This document shows positions 61,058 through 64,000 of a DNA stretch of 64,000 bases, one piece after another. Source of the DNA: an uncultured Enterobacteriaceae bacterium (lineage in GTDB: Bacteria > Pseudomonadota > Gammaproteobacteria > Pseudomonadales > Pseudohongiellaceae); the NCBI GenBank assembly GCA_964606735.1, contig CAZSHI010000007.1, positions 13,630-77,629 on the forward strand, read 5' to 3'. Position 1 is the first letter of the stretch. Each line of letters opens with the position of its first letter. The notes under the pieces are model-generated. The model ran no database searches. It saw nothing but the letters and a program-made list of their open reading frames with translations, and was not told where the DNA came from. The translations under genes were made by a program, and so were the position numbers.

Positions 61058-62293
61058 ATGAGTAATTTAACGGAAGGAAACATGATCGTCGGATTGGATA
61101 TCGGCACTTCTAAGGTCGTGGCGATAGTCGGTGAAGTGGATTCTGAAGGCGGCCTGAATATAGTCGGTATCGGACGGCATAAATCCCGCGGTCTCAAAAA
61201 AGGCACGGTGGTGAATATTGAATCAACAGTGCAGTCCATACAGCGTGCCATAGAAGAAGCCGAATTGATGGCGGGTTGTCAGATTCACTCGGTGTATGCC
61301 GGAATTGCGGGTAAACATATTCGCAGTATGAATTCACATGGCATCGTGGCGATACGTGATAAGGAAGTCTACCCGGCAGATATTGAGCGGGTCATTGATG
61401 CTGCGCAGGCAGTTGCCATCCCTGCTGACCAGAAGGTCCTGCACATACTGCCACAGGAATACATTATTGATTCCCAGGAAGGAGTGAAGGAGCCGCTGGG
61501 CATGTCAGGGGTGCGACTGGAAGCGAAAGTGCATCTGGTGACCTGTGCCACTAACGCTGCACAGAATATCGAAAAATGTATTCGTCGCTGCGGGCTGGAA
61601 ACCGATGAAATCATCCTGGAACAACTGGCCTCGAGCTATTCCGTACTGACCGAAGATGAAAAGGAGCTGGGTGTCTGCCTGATTGATATCGGAGGAGGTA
61701 CGACTGATATTGCCATCTTCACTGAAGGAGCCATCCGCCACACCGGCGTCATTCCGATAGCTGGGGATCAGGTGACCAATGATATTGCCATGGCCCTGCG
61801 TACACCAACTGAAAATGCAGAGGAACTAAAAATCAAATATGCCTGTGCCCTTTCACAGCTTGCCAGCCCAGATGAAATGATCAAGGTACCGAGTGTCGGC
61901 GACAGGCCTGCACGCGAGCTTTCCAGGCGGGCACTGGCTGATGTGGTTGAACCGCGCTATGACGAATTGTTTCATCTGATCCAGGCTGAACTGCGCCACA
62001 GTGGCTTTGAAGACATGCTGGCTGCCGGTCTGGTGTTCACAGGTGGAACCAGCAAGATGGAGGGAGTGGCCGAGCTTGCTGAAGAAATTTTTCATATGCC
62101 GGTGAGGGTAGGAATGCCTTATGAAATCAGCGGTCTGGTCGATATCGTTCGTAACCCTACCTATTCAACCGGTGTGGGTTTATTGATGTATGGGCTAAAA
62201 CAGCATCAGGAAAAACAGGGGGGCAGGGAGAAAGGATTTTCGGGGATCAATATTTTCGACAGGGTAAAACGATTTTTTAGCAGTGAAGATTGA
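61058..62293 (+). CDS. ftsA: Cell division protein FtsA.
   Basis: Actin-like ATPase (GLDIGTSKV, DIGGGTTDIA). C-terminal amphipathic helix. Confidence 0.96.
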   Translation: MSNLTEGNMIVGLDIGTSKVVAIVGEVDSEGGLNIVGIGRHKSRGLKKGTVVNIESTVQSIQRAIEEAELMAGCQIHSVYAGIAGKHIRSMNSHGIVAIRDKEVYPADIERVIDAAQAVAIPADQKVLHILPQEYIIDSQEGVKEPLGMSGVRLEAKVHLVTCATNAAQNIEKCIRRCGLETDEIILEQLASSYSVLTEDEKELGVCLIDIGGGTTDIAIFTEGAIRHTGVIPIAGDQVTNDIAMALRTPTENAEELKIKYACALSQLASPDEMIKVPSVGDRPARELSRRALADVVEPRYDELFHLIQAELRHSGFEDMLAAGLVFTGGTSKMEGVAELAEEIFHMPVRVGMPYEISGLVDIVRNPTYSTGVGLLMYGLKQHQEKQGGREKGFSGINIFDRVKRFFSSED

Positions 62294-62348
62294 AGGTCAT
62301 TTTTTTTATAACGAGTTTTAACTTACGGTAGAAAAGAGGGGTAATACT

Positions 62349-63524
62349 ATGTTTGAGATCATTGATAATATTGCGCAAAACGCAGTAATAAAGGTGATTG
62401 GTGTCGGTGGTGGCGGAGGGAATGCTGTCCATCATATGTTGAGTAACAGTATCGAAGGTGTAGAGTTTATCTGTGCCAATACTGATGCTCAGGCACTTGA
62501 AAAAATCAACACAAAAATGAACCTGCAGCTGGGTAACAACGTCACCAAGGGGCTTGGGGCGGGTGCCAACCCAGAGCTTGGCCGGCAAGCAGCAATTGAA
62601 GACAAGGACCGTATTCGTGAAATTATTTCCGGTGCAGACATGGTCTTCATTACCGCAGGTATGGGAGGCGGAACAGGCACGGGTGCAGCACCTGTTGTTG
62701 CAGAAATTGCTCGTGAAATGGGTATATTGACGGTTGCCGTAGTAACCAAGCCCTTCCCTTTTGAAGGCCGCAAACGTATGGCTATAGCGGAAAAAGGAAT
62801 CAAGGAGCTGGAAGAGCACGTTGATTCTTTAATCACCATTCCAAATGAAAAATTGATGGATGTGCTGGGCAAAGGCGCTACGCTGCTGGATGCATTCAAA
62901 TCAGCCAATGATGTTCTTTTGGGGGCAGTAAAAGGGATAGCAGATCTGATTACGCGACCGGGCATGATCAATGTGGATTTTGCAGACGTCAGTACAGTGA
63001 TGTCTGAAATGGGCATGGCCATGATGGGAACAGGTATTGCTAAAGGTGAAAGCCGTGCTGTAGAAGCTGCTCAAGCTGCTATCTGCAGTCCTCTGCTTGA
63101 AGATATTAACCTGCAAGGTGCCAGGGGTATTTTAATTAATATCACTGCCAGTGAGGGCCTGACACTGGGAGAATTCTCTGAAGTTGGTGACACCATTTCC
63201 GAGTTTGCTTCCGATCAGGCAATTGTGGTGATCGGCACAGTGATAGATTCGTCGATGGAAGATGATATCTGTGTCACGGTCGTTGCAACGGGGCTGGGTG
63301 CTCAGGGTATGGAACAGCGGCCGACCAAGGTTGTGGATAACACCAAAAAGGCCACTGTTGATTTTAACTCGCTGGACCGACCTGCGGTAATGCGTAAAGC
63401 CGGCAGTGTGGCTCTTGAAAGCGAAAAGGCTGAGGAGAAACCGGTGCTGGCAAAGGCTGCCGGTGCTGAAACGGATATGGATTATCTGGATATCCCGGCT
63501 TTTTTGAGAAAACAGGCGGATTAA
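62349..63524 (+). CDS. ftsZ: Cell division GTPase FtsZ.
   Basis: GGGTGTG tubulin signature. C-terminal peptide DYLDIPAFLRKQAD. Confidence 0.98.
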   Translation: MFEIIDNIAQNAVIKVIGVGGGGGNAVHHMLSNSIEGVEFICANTDAQALEKINTKMNLQLGNNVTKGLGAGANPELGRQAAIEDKDRIREIISGADMVFITAGMGGGTGTGAAPVVAEIAREMGILTVAVVTKPFPFEGRKRMAIAEKGIKELEEHVDSLITIPNEKLMDVLGKGATLLDAFKSANDVLLGAVKGIADLITRPGMINVDFADVSTVMSEMGMAMMGTGIAKGESRAVEAAQAAICSPLLEDINLQGARGILINITASEGLTLGEFSEVGDTISEFASDQAIVVIGTVIDSSMEDDICVTVVATGLGAQGMEQRPTKVVDNTKKATVDFNSLDRPAVMRKAGSVALESEKAEEKPVLAKAAGAETDMDYLDIPAFLRKQAD

Positions 63525-63687
63525 AGGAACTTATGGCGGGACTACTGTCTTACTTACAATACTCGCTAAAAAAGCAGTTTACTGACCCCTAACTGCTTGG
63601 GATAGTACGATGAGTTTGTTAAGATTGCCCGCTTATATGGAGCAGCCAGTATCGCTAGCCAAAACGATGACAAGACGAGTTGAATAA

Positions 63688-64000
63688 ATGATTAAACAGA
63701 GAACCCTGAAGAATGTCATTCGCGCCACAGGTGTCGGTTTGCATACAGGGGAAAAAGTTTATTTGACTCTGAAACCGGCTCCGGCTGATACCGGGATTAT
63801 CTTTACCCGCGTCGATCTGGACCCGCCTGTCCAGATACCGGCCCTGGCTGACAAAGTAGGTGATACCACCCTTTCCTCTACCCTGGTAGAGGGCGACATC
63901 AGAATTTCTACCGTAGAGCATCTGATGTCAGCCATGTCAGGTCTGGGTATTGATAATGCCTATGTGGATGTCAGCGCGCCGGAAGTTCCGATCATGGACG
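63688..64000 (+). CDS. lpxC: UDP-3-O-acyl-GlcNAc deacetylase, 5' portion (runs off the window).
   Basis: [39 protein letters not shown]...TVEHLMSA is the canonical LpxC N-terminus. Absent from the ORF track because it has no stop in the window. Confidence 0.93.
   Translation, partial: MIKQRTLKNVIRATGVGLHTGEKVYLTLKPAPADTGIIFTRVDLDPPVQIPALADKVGDTTLSSTLVEGDIRISTVEHLMSAMSGLGIDNAYVDVSAPEVPIMD

Overview
This window is 64 kb of gammaproteobacterial chromosome, and almost all of it is conserved housekeeping backbone. I saw no rRNA, tRNA, CRISPR array, transposase or integrase. From left to right the blocks are as follows. (1) An uncharacterised envelope trio and a membrane H+-pyrophosphatase. (2) apbC, yjgA, mgtE and an NhaC-type transporter. 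(3) The rpoN neighbourhood on the minus strand: ptsO-rapZ-ptsN-rpoN-lptBAC-kdsCD-yrbG. (4) ibaG-murA-hisGD. (5) A DegS/AlgW-like protease, a Nif3-like protein, yciH, a DUF1244 protein and a TonB-dependent receptor. (6) A fructosamine-kinase-like gene and cysD-cysNC. (7) zapG/zapE, rplM-rpsI, petA and petBC, sspAB. (8) dolP-diaA / yraN-lpoA, divergent from rsmI. (9) RNase P RNA. (10) A complete dcw cluster, mraZ through ftsZ, plus the 5' end of lpxC. The gene order follows the backbone I recall from Pseudomonas-like genomes, so departures from it stand out. The main one is a ~4.3 kb, six-gene block of envelope proteins with no assigned function, lying between rsmI and rnpB. It contains two tandem paralogous 4-TM proteins translationally coupled to rsmI, and two paralogous secreted proteins whose predicted mature N-terminus is His-His-Ser. 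It also contains a lipoprotein and a CPBP protease on a visibly AT-rich sub-segment. This block is my best candidate for an undescribed system, possibly periplasmic metal or redox handling. Other departures are an opposite-strand phoH-like gene splitting the lpoA-yraN-diaA-dolP operon, cytochrome b and c1 fused into one 670-codon ORF, and no hpf between rpoN and ptsN. All product calls rest on motif recognition and remembered synteny. No database search was run.
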